Assembly (NCBI GenBank): GCA_046093525.1
Contig: JBJTFT010000052.1
Location: forward strand, 1 to 36,850
DNA from: Sphingomonadales bacterium
Lineage (GTDB): Bacteria; Bacteroidota; Bacteroidia; Chitinophagales; Chitinophagaceae
DNA length: 36,850 nucleotides
Reading direction: 5' to 3'
In this document: positions 1-8,865 of the stretch, piece after piece
Layout of the letters: every line of letters starts with the position of its first letter
How positions within the stretch are numbered: the stretch's first letter is position 1
Made by a program: the position numbers and the translations under genes
The notes under the pieces: model-generated
The model's database searches: none
What the model was told of the DNA's origin: nothing
What the model saw: only the letters and a program-made list of their open reading frames with translations

Positions 1-1
1 G

Positions 2-748
2 ATCGCGCCGGCCAACCTTTCTACGGCCTTGCTGCTGGGAGCCAGTTGTCTATTGTTGCTGTTCATCGGAAGAGCCAGTGCAAAGCATCTGTTGTTGACC
101 ATTGGATTGGCCATGATACCGATCGTACTATTGATCGCAACGGCGATGGTGCATCATCATAGCGAAAGCAGCGAGGAGTCTGCGGGGGGTAAAGCCTCAA
201 CTTCGGCACTTACGGCACGGGTAGATACCTGGATCAACCGGGTAGAGACCTTTATTTATGGCGGCCAGGATAGTGACACCGACGCCTATCAGGTCAACCA
301 GGCTAAGGTGGCCATTTCGAAAGGCGGATTGTTAGGCGTAGGTCCGGGTAACAGCACCACCCGCGACTTTTTACCACAGGCCTACAATGATTTTATTTAT
401 GCCATCATCATCGAGGAGTATGGAATATTGGGCGGTGGATTTATGGTCTTTATTTACTTGGTGTTCTTGTTTCGTTGTATTAGAATATTTAAACGATGTC
501 CGTTTGCCTTTGGAGCCTTTCTGGCACTCGGTCTCAGTTTTACGCTGGTCATTCAGGCGTTGGCCAATATGGCGGTAACCGTCAACCTGTTTCCGGTAAC
601 GGGAGTAACACTACCACTGGTGAGTATGGGAGGAAGCAGTTTCATTTTTACTTGTCTGGCCATTGGTATCATTTTGAGTGTGGCGCGAAATGTGGAGCAA
701 CTCGAGGGTAAAGGCGAAGAGAAATCGGCAAAACCGGCGGCCGCATGA
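2..748 (+). CDS. ftsW: Cell division protein FtsW (SEDS family), 5'-truncated by window edge
   Basis: Frame is open from nt 2 (IAPANLSTALL...). SEDS motifs GGLLGVGPG, LPQAYNDFIYAII.EE.G and PVTGVTLPLVSMGGSS. ATGA overlap with murG. Confidence 0.93.
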   Translation: MAPANLSTALLLGASCLLLLFIGRASAKHLLLTIGLAMIPIVLLIATAMVHHHSESSEESAGGKASTSALTARVDTWINRVETFIYGGQDSDTDAYQVNQAKVAISKGGLLGVGPGNSTTRDFLPQAYNDFIYAIIIEEYGILGGGFMVFIYLVFLFRCIRIFKRCPFAFGAFLALGLSFTLVIQALANMAVTVNLFPVTGVTLPLVSMGGSSFIFTCLAIGIILSVARNVEQLEGKGEEKSAKPAAA

Positions 749-1839
749 GCTATAGATTCCTGATAGCGGGCGGAGGAACGGGAGGACATATTTTTCCTGC
801 ACTGGCCATAGCAGGAGCGATCAAGCAGTTGGAGCCTTCGGCATCGATCTTGTTCGTGGGGGCCCAGGGAAAAATGGAGATGGAAAAAGTGCCGCAGGCC
901 GGGTATTCGATCGTAGGATTAGATATCGTAGGATTTGATAGAAGTTCTTTGACAAAAAATATTGCACTTCCCTTTAAGTTGCTCAAAAGCTTCTGGCAGG
1001 TCAGCAATATCTTACGCGATTTTCATCCAGATGCTGTACTGGGCGTAGGAGGCTACTCCAGCTTTCCGGTATTACGGTATGCGCAGGCAAAGGGTATTCC
1101 GACCTTTTTGCATGAGGCCAATGCCTATGCGGGAAAGTCCAATCAACTGCTGGGCAAGCGGGCAAAGACCATTTTTGCAGGCGTGCCAGGTTTGGAGCGA
1201 TTCTTCTCTTCACAAAAGGTCTTTTTTACCGGTAATCCTGTAAGAGCCTCAATTTGTGGAGTATTGCCTGCACGCGTAACGGCGAGAGCTTTCTTTGGAC
1301 TATCTGCTCAGGGGCCCGTATTACTTGTGATGGGAGGCAGTCTCGGAGCGCGCTCCATTAACCGGGCCATCGATGCCGGAGTAGAGCAACTACAACAAAG
1401 CGGTATTCAACTGATCTGGCAAACCGGTAAAGCCTATGGCGCAGCGGCGGCCAAACGTGTGGCCGACCGACAAGGATGTTACACGGCCGACTTTATCCAG
1501 CAAATGGAGATGGCCTATGCCGCTGCCGATGTAGTGATCGCAAGAGCAGGTGCTATGACCGTTGCTGAATTGGCGGTGGTGGCCAAGCCGGTACTATTTG
1601 TTCCGTTTCCCTTGGCGGCCGAAGATCACCAACGTGTCAATGCCGAACAGTTGGTGGGCAAACAAGCAGCCATGCTGGTAGCCGATGCCGAAGCGGGTAC
1701 TTCGTTAGTGCCTGCAGCCATCGCGCTTTGTCTCGATATCGAGAGACAACGATCGCTCAGCACTGCCATTGCGTCGTTTGCGGTACGGGATGCTGCCCAA
1801 AAGGTGGCGACAGCGCTTATCAGACAATTGAAAAAGTAA
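745..1839 (+). CDS. murG: Undecaprenyldiphospho-muramoylpentapeptide beta-N-acetylglucosaminyltransferase
   Basis: GGGTGGHIFPA, GGYSS.P, HEAN, TGNPVR, GGSLGA, RAGAMT and HQ..NA motifs; dcw position. Confidence 0.97.
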   Translation: MSYRFLIAGGGTGGHIFPALAIAGAIKQLEPSASILFVGAQGKMEMEKVPQAGYSIVGLDIVGFDRSSLTKNIALPFKLLKSFWQVSNILRDFHPDAVLGVGGYSSFPVLRYAQAKGIPTFLHEANAYAGKSNQLLGKRAKTIFAGVPGLERFFSSQKVFFTGNPVRASICGVLPARVTARAFFGLSAQGPVLLVMGGSLGARSINRAIDAGVEQLQQSGIQLIWQTGKAYGAAAAKRVADRQGCYTADFIQQMEMAYAAADVVIARAGAMTVAELAVVAKPVLFVPFPLAAEDHQRVNAEQLVGKQAAMLVADAEAGTSLVPAAIALCLDIERQRSLSTAIASFAVRDAAQKVATALIRQLKK

Positions 1840-1840
1840 A

Positions 1841-3262
1841 ATGAGGACAACCATCGATACAACGCTTTTGCAACAGCCCTTTCGAATAGGGAAAGAGCTG
1901 CGCGAACTCTGTTTTATCGGGATAGGCGGTATAGGAATGAGTGCACTCGCCAGATTTTTTCACGAGCAGGGTGTTAAAGTGACGGGTTATGATAAGACGC
2001 CGACTGAGCTGACCCGTGCGCTCGAAGCGTTAGGAATTGCGGTGCATTATGCCGAAGATCTTACAGCACTGGCGCGTTCGACCGATGCCGTGGTGTATAC
2101 ACCGGCCATTCCGGCTACGCATCTGGAGTTGTGCTGGTATAAGGAGAATGGATACCCGCTTTGGAAGCGAAGCGATCTGCTACAGCAGATCACCACCAGT
2201 TCTTTGAATGTCTGTATCGCTGGTACGCACGGAAAGACCACGACCTCTACAATGGTTGCACAGTTGTTGCGACATAGCGGTTTTGGAGGAAATGCTTTTT
2301 TAGGAGGTATCGCTGCCAATTACGGAACCAATCAGTGGAGCAGTACGGTGAACTGTTGCGTGGTAGAGGCCGATGAGTATGACCGGAGTTTTTTAAAGTT
2401 ATTGCCGCATGTCGCACTCATCACAGCCATGGATCCCGATCATCTCGATATCTATGGCAGTATTGCCTCGATGGAACAGGCCTTTATTGATTTCAGTGGC
2501 TTGATCCCCACCGGAGGGTTGCTGGTATACAAATGGGGATTGCTTCGGGCCGACGATCTTAAGGGGCCGCAACGAATCAGCTATCATGCACGAAACGAAA
2601 GCGCCGATTGCTATGCGATAAATACGATCGTGTCCGATGGGGGCTATCGTTTTGATGCCATGATCGATGGGGAACGGATCGGCGATCTCTTTTTGCCGAT
2701 GGGAGGGTGGCATAATGTAGAAAATGCCATTGGGGCCATCACGGTAGCTCGGGCACTCGGACTTAAGGCCGATGCCATTCGTGAGGCATTGGCTTGTTTT
2801 AAGGGCGTGCAACGTCGCTTCGAAAAGCTCATCGATAACGATCGGCTGGTATTGATCGATGATTATGCGCATCACCCCGAAGAATTACGGGTGTTGATAG
2901 AGGGGGTTCGTTCCCTGTATCCCGTTGCCACTTGTACGATCTTATTTCAGCCGCATCTCTACTCTCGTACACGCGATCTGGCCAAGGAGTTTGCGCAGGT
3001 GTTGTCTTTGGCCGATCGAATCGTGCTACTGCCTCTTTACCCGGCGCGTGAGTTACCCATAGAGGGAGTGAGTAGCGAATCGATTGGATCGTGGCTGCAC
3101 CAGGTGCCATTGGTTTATCTCGAGAGTGACACCGTAGTCGATTGGGTCGAGCAGGAATATCACCGCGGTCGATCGACCGGCCAACAGGTATTTGTTATAG
3201 CAGGGGCCGGCGACATTGATCGATTGCCTTCGGAGATACAGAAAAGAATGAAAAATAATTAA
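1841..3262 (+). CDS. murC: UDP-N-acetylmuramate--L-alanine ligase
   Basis: FIGIGGIGMS, AGTHGKTTT P-loop, VEADEYDRSF, DHLDIY, DDYAHHP and FQPHLYSRT motifs. Confidence 0.97.
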   Translation: MRTTIDTTLLQQPFRIGKELRELCFIGIGGIGMSALARFFHEQGVKVTGYDKTPTELTRALEALGIAVHYAEDLTALARSTDAVVYTPAIPATHLELCWYKENGYPLWKRSDLLQQITTSSLNVCIAGTHGKTTTSTMVAQLLRHSGFGGNAFLGGIAANYGTNQWSSTVNCCVVEADEYDRSFLKLLPHVALITAMDPDHLDIYGSIASMEQAFIDFSGLIPTGGLLVYKWGLLRADDLKGPQRISYHARNESADCYAINTIVSDGGYRFDAMIDGERIGDLFLPMGGWHNVENAIGAITVARALGLKADAIREALACFKGVQRRFEKLIDNDRLVLIDDYAHHPEELRVLIEGVRSLYPVATCTILFQPHLYSRTRDLAKEFAQVLSLADRIVLLPLYPARELPIEGVSSESIGSWLHQVPLVYLESDTVVDWVEQEYHRGRSTGQQVFVIAGAGDIDRLPSEIQKRMKNN

Positions 3263-3277
3263 ATAGGATAAAAAGAA

Positions 3278-4282
3278 TTGAACATTAAAAGAACCATACA
3301 ACGTATTTTATTTGTTGCCTTCTGGATAGGAGTCGGCACCGGTATGATCGTATTACTGGCCGCCGCTATCCAGGGTCGTAACAAAGAGAAGCTGCGCGCC
3401 TACACCATCGACATAAAGGCCGGACCCGGAGGTGCTTTTCTGAGTGAGAGCGATGTGGAGGAATTATTGCAGCATTCCACCGCCGGTGTTCGGGGCGAGC
3501 GGTTGGCGCTCTTCAATCTCCGGCAGGTAGAACAGAAGATCAAGTCGCATGTTTGGGTCAGGGATGCACAATTGTATTTTGATAACCAAGACGTATTGCA
3601 CTTGCAGGTACAAGAAAAAGTTCCCCTGGCTCGCTTGTTTACCGTAAGCGGAGGCTCTACTTATCTGGATGAACAAGGAAAATTGATGCCCTTGTCATTA
3701 CGTACGACCATCAAGGTGCCGGTTTTTACAGGGCTATCCGACTCGGTGCTTTCAACGAAACCCGATACGCTTGTATTGCAGCAGGTTTTTACGATGGCGC
3801 AACTCTTGGCGCGTGATACGTTTTGGGCTTCGCAGGTAGCACAAGTAGACCTGACACCTGCGCAGCAGTGGGAATTGATACCGGTGGTGGGCGATCATGT
3901 GGTAAAACTGGGCACGCTCAACGACATCGAGGCCAAACTGCGTAGGTTGATGATCTTTTACCAGCAGGTGCTGAGCAAAACAGGACTTAGTCACTACCGA
4001 ATGATCGACGTGCGATTCAGCGGACAGGTCTTGGCCGGAAGCATGAGCAGTGCGCGCGTGGACTCCTTGCAGCTGAGAAGAAGTGTAGAAAAGTTATTGC
4101 GCGATGCGACGGAAGCCGAAAACGATACCATCGTACGTGTTCTTCCCAAGCCCTTGCAACCGCTGTTGCCCGACGAACCGAATCCCACGCTGCTAGAGTT
4201 AAAGACGGTATTGCCCGGCGCTACTAAATCGGATACTACTCCATCGAACATATCCACACAAAAAAAATCAAACAACAACTAA
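3278..4282 (+). CDS. ftsQ: Cell division protein FtsQ/DivIB (Bacteroidota type)
   Basis: TTG start, single N-terminal TM, POTRA-like segment, C-terminal IDVRFSGQV motif; lies between murC and ftsA. Confidence 0.85.
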   Translation: MNIKRTIQRILFVAFWIGVGTGMIVLLAAAIQGRNKEKLRAYTIDIKAGPGGAFLSESDVEELLQHSTAGVRGERLALFNLRQVEQKIKSHVWVRDAQLYFDNQDVLHLQVQEKVPLARLFTVSGGSTYLDEQGKLMPLSLRTTIKVPVFTGLSDSVLSTKPDTLVLQQVFTMAQLLARDTFWASQVAQVDLTPAQQWELIPVVGDHVVKLGTLNDIEAKLRRLMIFYQQVLSKTGLSHYRMIDVRFSGQVLAGSMSSARVDSLQLRRSVEKLLRDATEAENDTIVRVLPKPLQPLLPDEPNPTLLELKTVLPGATKSDTTPSNISTQKKSNNN

Positions 4283-4292
4283 ACCACTTGTC

Positions 4293-5672
4293 ATGAACAA
4301 CGAAAATCCCATCATTGTCGGACTAGACATCGGCACCACCAAGATCGCCGTGATTGCCGGCAGAAAAAACGAGTTCGGCAAACTCGAGATCCTTGGTTTT
4401 GGTAAAGCCAACTCCAATGGTGTCAAGCACGGCCAGGTGCTGAACATCGACGAGACGATCAAGGCCATTCGCACGGCCCTTGATAACTGTTTTGCGTCGA
4501 ACCCTAATCTCGACATCAATGAGGTGTACGTAGGTATTGCGGGTCACCACATTAAAAGCCTGCAAACGCGGGGCGATATGGTGCGCCAGCGTACCGACGA
4601 AGAGGTAGCCCAGCACGAGATCGATAAACTGGTCGATGATCAGCGCAAGACCTATATTCCTGCGGGCGATCAGATCATCGATGTAATTCCACAGGAGTTC
4701 ACGGTCGATAATATTCCTAACATCGCTAATCCTATTGGTTATGGCGGTGTTAAGATCGGTGCCAATTTTCATATCATTACCGGCGATAAGAACGCCATTC
4801 GTAACATCAACAGAAGTGTAGAAAAGGCCGGATTGAGCACCAAAGACCTGGTGTTGCAGCCACTGGCCTCTTCTGCCGCCGTTATGGGGCAAGAGGATCT
4901 AGAGGCAGGTGTGGCCATCGTGGACATAGGAGGGGGTACCACCGACCTGGCCGTATTTAATGAGGGAATTTTGAAGCATACGGCCGTGATCCCTTTTGCG
5001 GGCGAGAATATCACTAACGACATCAAGTCCGGACTCGGCGTGTTAAAGACACAGGCCGAGCAGATGAAAGTGCAATTCGGAAGTGCCCTTGCCAACGAAG
5101 CCAAGGCCAATGCTTACATTACCATTCCCGGTTTGCGTGGGATGCCAGCCAAAGAGATCAGTGTAAAGAATCTGGCCAATATCATTCAGGCCCGCATGAG
5201 CGAAATCATGGATTTTGTGACCTATCATCTCAAGCAAGTTGGCTTAGATAACAAGGCACTAAATGGCGGTATTATACTGACCGGCGGCGGTTCACAGTTA
5301 AAACATTTGATCCAGCTCACCGAATATGTGACCGGTCTCAACGCTCGGATCGGATTTCCTAATGAGCATCTGGCGGCCGGGCACATCGAAGAGCTCTCCA
5401 AGCCTACGTACTCTACCTGTATCGGTCTTATCCTGAAAGGCTATGATGATTATGAGCACAACCGCAAGGATTTTGAAAGAGGATATCGTCAGGTACAAGT
5501 GCCCGATGGATTGCGCCGTGGTCAGTTCGCCGCAACACCGGAGACCCTCGAAGCGGAGGGCGTAAGCGAAGGCCAGATGAAACATCGTCGAAATCTGACG
5601 GGTTTCTGGAGCAAGTTCAAGGATCGCATCATCGACTTGTTCAAGGAAGAAGAAGACAAACACCTTGGATAA
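4293..5672 (+). CDS. ftsA: Cell division protein FtsA
   Basis: VGLDIGTTKI, VDIGGGTTD and ILTGGGSQL actin-like ATPase motifs; upstream of ftsZ. Confidence 0.97.
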   Translation: MNNENPIIVGLDIGTTKIAVIAGRKNEFGKLEILGFGKANSNGVKHGQVLNIDETIKAIRTALDNCFASNPNLDINEVYVGIAGHHIKSLQTRGDMVRQRTDEEVAQHEIDKLVDDQRKTYIPAGDQIIDVIPQEFTVDNIPNIANPIGYGGVKIGANFHIITGDKNAIRNINRSVEKAGLSTKDLVLQPLASSAAVMGQEDLEAGVAIVDIGGGTTDLAVFNEGILKHTAVIPFAGENITNDIKSGLGVLKTQAEQMKVQFGSALANEAKANAYITIPGLRGMPAKEISVKNLANIIQARMSEIMDFVTYHLKQVGLDNKALNGGIILTGGGSQLKHLIQLTEYVTGLNARIGFPNEHLAAGHIEELSKPTYSTCIGLILKGYDDYEHNRKDFERGYRQVQVPDGLRRGQFAATPETLEAEGVSEGQMKHRRNLTGFWSKFKDRIIDLFKEEEDKHLG

Positions 5673-5717
5673 AAGCAACCTAACTAACCCATTCACACAT
5701 TCCAAAACCTAACGCAC

Positions 5718-7787
5718 ATGATTCATTTTGATCTGCCCACCGAAAAGTCCTCTATCCTTAAAGTAATTGGAGTAGGAGGAGGCGGAGGCAATGCAGTCAA
5801 TTACATGTTCAATCAGCAAATTGAAGGCGTCAATTTTGTGATCTGTAACACGGATGCACAGGCCCTTGCCGCCAGTGGAATTCCTAATCGAGTTCAACTC
5901 GGCCCCCACCTGACACAGGGCCTTGGAGCCGGGGCAAATCCCGAGATCGGTCGGCAGGCCACCGAGGAATCGCTCGAAGAGATCAGAAAGATCCTTGAGG
6001 TCAACACCAAGATGGCCTTTATCACCGCCGGGATGGGGGGTGGCACCGGAACGGGCGGTGCACCTATCATTGCCAAGATCTGTAAGGACCTGGGTATTCT
6101 GACCGTGGGTATCGTGACCACTCCGTTTGCCTATGAAGGAAAGAAAAGATTGCAACAGGCCGAAGAAGGTATTCGTCAGCTGCGCCAGCAAGTAGACACG
6201 TTGCTGGTTATCAGTAACGACAAACTTCGTCACCAGTTCGGTAACTTAAAAATGCGAGAGGCCTTCGAGAAGGCCGATAACGTGCTGGCTACTGCTGCAC
6301 GCTGTATCACCGATGTCATCAACACGACCGGACAGATCAATGTGGATTTTGCCGATGTCTGTACGGTAATGCGCAATGGCGGTCGTGCCATTCTCGGGCA
6401 TGCCGAAGTTGCCGGTACTCATCGGGCGCAATTGGCCATCGAAGAAGCCTTGAACTCTCCATTGCTCAACGACAATGAGATCAATGGCGCGAAGTGGATC
6501 CTGATCAATATTAATTCTGCTCGTGGTGAATATGAGTTTACGATGGATGAGGTAGAGGTCATTCAGCAGTATTTGTTGACGAAGGCCGGCGAAAATACCG
6601 ATGTGATTCTGGGGATGGGCTACGATGATCTGTTGGGTGATAAGTTGGGTATTACCCTGATCGCTACCGGATTTGAGCATAAGGATACCCTTGGGGTAAC
6701 ACCGCTCAAAAAAGTAGCTCCACAAGAAGAGAAGATCATTATGGTGCTTGGACAGCCTTCCGAGTCGCCCGCATCTGCAATGACTGCCCTAGCGGCCGAA
6801 ACACAAGCAACTGCCACCGTATTGCCTGCAATCGAATCTGCTCCTACTACTGCTCCGGATGCAACGGTAGGAACCAATGCAGCAACAAGTATTGCACCGG
6901 TAATTGAGTCAGCTCCCATACCTGAGCCTGACCCGCTAATGCCTCGCTTGGTCGAAGAAGTGACTCCCGTAGGTACTACTGAGGCTACTGTTGTACCTCC
7001 ACAGGACACCATCATTCATTTTGAACTTTCTTCGGAAGCAACGCCTATCGATGTGGCGACATCAGCCATGACTGCCGTTAGTCCCGAGGCCCTAATCGAG
7101 ACTGATGCCAGCTATTTGGCCGCGGCTACTCCTGCTACGGCTGGTCCTGCAGCGGGCGGTTACCTGACGCGTCCCGCAAATATTTATGCGGAGCCTCCGA
7201 TGCCAGTGGCACAAGCCACTTCGGCTCCCATGGCGGTATCCGTTGAAGCGCCAGCGTCTGCCTTTATGACGAGCGCTCCAATACGCGAACAGGAGTCTGC
7301 GCTCCCTATGGCAACGAGCAACACCAGTACGCCAGCAGTACCGGCTCCGGACACAATTGCTGATGAAGAGTCGGTAGTCGTGCCGGTCATGGTCGCTTCT
7401 AGCGTAGAAGAGCCAGAAGAAATGCAAATGCAGCTGATCGAAAAAGAGGAATCATCCGATATTCCCACGCCATTGCTTTATGAGATACACAAGGCTGCTC
7501 CTGTGGTGCGCGATGAGGGCATCAGCCTGGAGGATACCATCGAGCAACAGCGTCGTGCTGCGGATCGTTTGCAAAAGTTGCGTAATCTTAGCTTTAATGT
7601 GAATGCGGCCGATCCTAATAATGAGTTCGAGACCGTTCCGGCTTACATCAGACGAAACATGGAATTGTATAACAGTTCTTCGCAGATAGAGAATTTCTAT
7701 AGCAATTATGAGGTCAAAGACGAACCTTCCAGCCAAGGGCCGATCAGTACCCTCAATACTTTTCTGAATGGCAAAAAGCCTGATTAA
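5718..7787 (+). CDS. ftsZ: Cell division protein FtsZ with long Ala/Pro/Thr/Glu-rich linker
   Basis: GVGGGGGNAV, tubulin signature GMGGGTGTG, INVDFADV, and C-terminal VPAYIRR...FLNGKKPD. Confidence 0.98.
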   Translation: MIHFDLPTEKSSILKVIGVGGGGGNAVNYMFNQQIEGVNFVICNTDAQALAASGIPNRVQLGPHLTQGLGAGANPEIGRQATEESLEEIRKILEVNTKMAFITAGMGGGTGTGGAPIIAKICKDLGILTVGIVTTPFAYEGKKRLQQAEEGIRQLRQQVDTLLVISNDKLRHQFGNLKMREAFEKADNVLATAARCITDVINTTGQINVDFADVCTVMRNGGRAILGHAEVAGTHRAQLAIEEALNSPLLNDNEINGAKWILININSARGEYEFTMDEVEVIQQYLLTKAGENTDVILGMGYDDLLGDKLGITLIATGFEHKDTLGVTPLKKVAPQEEKIIMVLGQPSESPASAMTALAAETQATATVLPAIESAPTTAPDATVGTNAATSIAPVIESAPIPEPDPLMPRLVEEVTPVGTTEATVVPPQDTIIHFELSSEATPIDVATSAMTAVSPEALIETDASYLAAATPATAGPAAGGYLTRPANIYAEPPMPVAQATSAPMAVSVEAPASAFMTSAPIREQESALPMATSNTSTPAVPAPDTIADEESVVVPVMVASSVEEPEEMQMQLIEKEESSDIPTPLLYEIHKAAPVVRDEGISLEDTIEQQRRAADRLQKLRNLSFNVNAADPNNEFETVPAYIRRNMELYNSSSQIENFYSNYEVKDEPSSQGPISTLNTFLNGKKPD

Positions 7788-7791
7788 TTGA

Positions 7792-7810
7792 TTCTCTGCC
7801 TGGCAGAGAA
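7792..7810. repeat. Perfect 9-bp inverted repeat just after the ftsZ stop
   Basis: TTCTCTGCC-T-GGCAGAGAA; no U tract. The repeat is directly visible but its function is unknown. Confidence 0.6.
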
Positions 7811-7835
7811 GGTCCGATGATGTGTTTTAGTTGTT

Positions 7836-7864
7836 CCTCCCGGTGTAAGCCGGGAGGTTTTTTT
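7836..7864 (+). terminator. Rho-independent terminator of the dcw operon
   Basis: CCTCCCGG-TGTAAG-CCGGGAGG stem-loop followed by T7, about 50 nt after the ftsZ stop. Confidence 0.9.
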
Positions 7865-7935
7865 ACATCGGTAGCCAAGCCGATTTTGGGGACTAAACAA
7901 TTCGCAGTACCTGGTGTTATCTTCACATTATTCGT

Positions 7936-8865
7936 ATGGCAACAACTGTTTTGATTACCGGAGCAACAGGATTGGTGGGCAATGCACTGGTACCCGCTCT
8001 ATTGCAGCGGGGCTACCGACTGATCTTATTGACCCGTACCCGTCAAGCACATACACTGCCTTATGCTACGCATGCTGAGGTTCGTTATGTTTATTGGAAT
8101 CCCAGTCAGGCAGCGCTCGATGCCGAGGTACTAAGGCAGGCCGATCATATCGTGCATTTAGCGGGTGCTAATGTAGCGGACAAGCGCTGGACCGCTGCCC
8201 AAAAAAAAGAGATCGTCGATAGTCGCGTGCAGTCCGGTCGCCTTTTGGTCGATCGGCTCAAAGAAATTACACATCGCCCCCTTTCTTTTGTGGGGGCCTC
8301 TGCCATAGGATGGTATGGTGCGGACAGCGAAGCGCATTCGGATCCTTTTTCAGAAACCGATCCGTACGATTCTGGATTTTTAGGGGATACCTGTCGGCAG
8401 TGGGAGGAAAGTACCGAGCCCTTGACGGCCCTGGGCATTCGTCGTGTAATCTTGCGTATCGGCATTGTGCTTAGTAGAAAGGCTGGGGCACTTCCCGAAT
8501 TTGAGAGGCCACTTCGTTTTGGTATGGCACCGATACTTGGCTCAGGAAAGCAAATCATCAGTTGGATCCAATTGCAAGATCTGGTATCGATGATCATCTT
8601 TTCGATCGAACAAAGCACGCTACAAGGTATTTATAATGCTACTGCCCCATCGCCTGTTTCTCAGTATGCACTAATGAAGGCGTTAGCCAGACAACGGAAT
8701 CAACTATTTATACCGGTGCCTGTTCCTGCTTTTTTGTTGAAGTGGCTGATGGGCGAGATGAGTATAGAAGTTTTAAAGAGCACTCGTGTTAGCGCTGTAA
8801 AAGTGCAACAGGCCGGATTTTTCTTCTCTTATCCTTCTATAGAAGAAGCGCTGCCCGTCTGTTAA
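7936..8865 (+). CDS. TIGR01777 family NAD-dependent epimerase/oxidoreductase (YfcH-like)
   Basis: VLITGATGLVG, VHLAGANV...RW...K.EI..SRV, ASAIGWYG, LRIGIVL and GSGKQ.ISWI motifs. Confidence 0.9.
   Translation: MATTVLITGATGLVGNALVPALLQRGYRLILLTRTRQAHTLPYATHAEVRYVYWNPSQAALDAEVLRQADHIVHLAGANVADKRWTAAQKKEIVDSRVQSGRLLVDRLKEITHRPLSFVGASAIGWYGADSEAHSDPFSETDPYDSGFLGDTCRQWEESTEPLTALGIRRVILRIGIVLSRKAGALPEFERPLRFGMAPILGSGKQIISWIQLQDLVSMIIFSIEQSTLQGIYNATAPSPVSQYALMKALARQRNQLFIPVPVPAFLLKWLMGEMSIEVLKSTRVSAVKVQQAGFFFSYPSIEEALPVC

Noticed and set aside
3263-3277. Absence of murB/ddl between murC and ftsQ
   Set aside because: murC-ftsQ-ftsA-ftsZ is the usual Bacteroidota order.
4323-6725. Long antisense ORFs over ftsA/ftsZ (189, 174, 159 aa) and similar ones over fadN, metG and murC
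   Set aside because: They are shadows of codon-biased genes, with no motifs or independent expression signals.
6750-7420. FtsZ linker as an intein, tandem repeat or inserted element
   Set aside because: No intein terminal residues or endonuclease motifs and no nucleotide-level repeat unit; composition fits a disordered linker.
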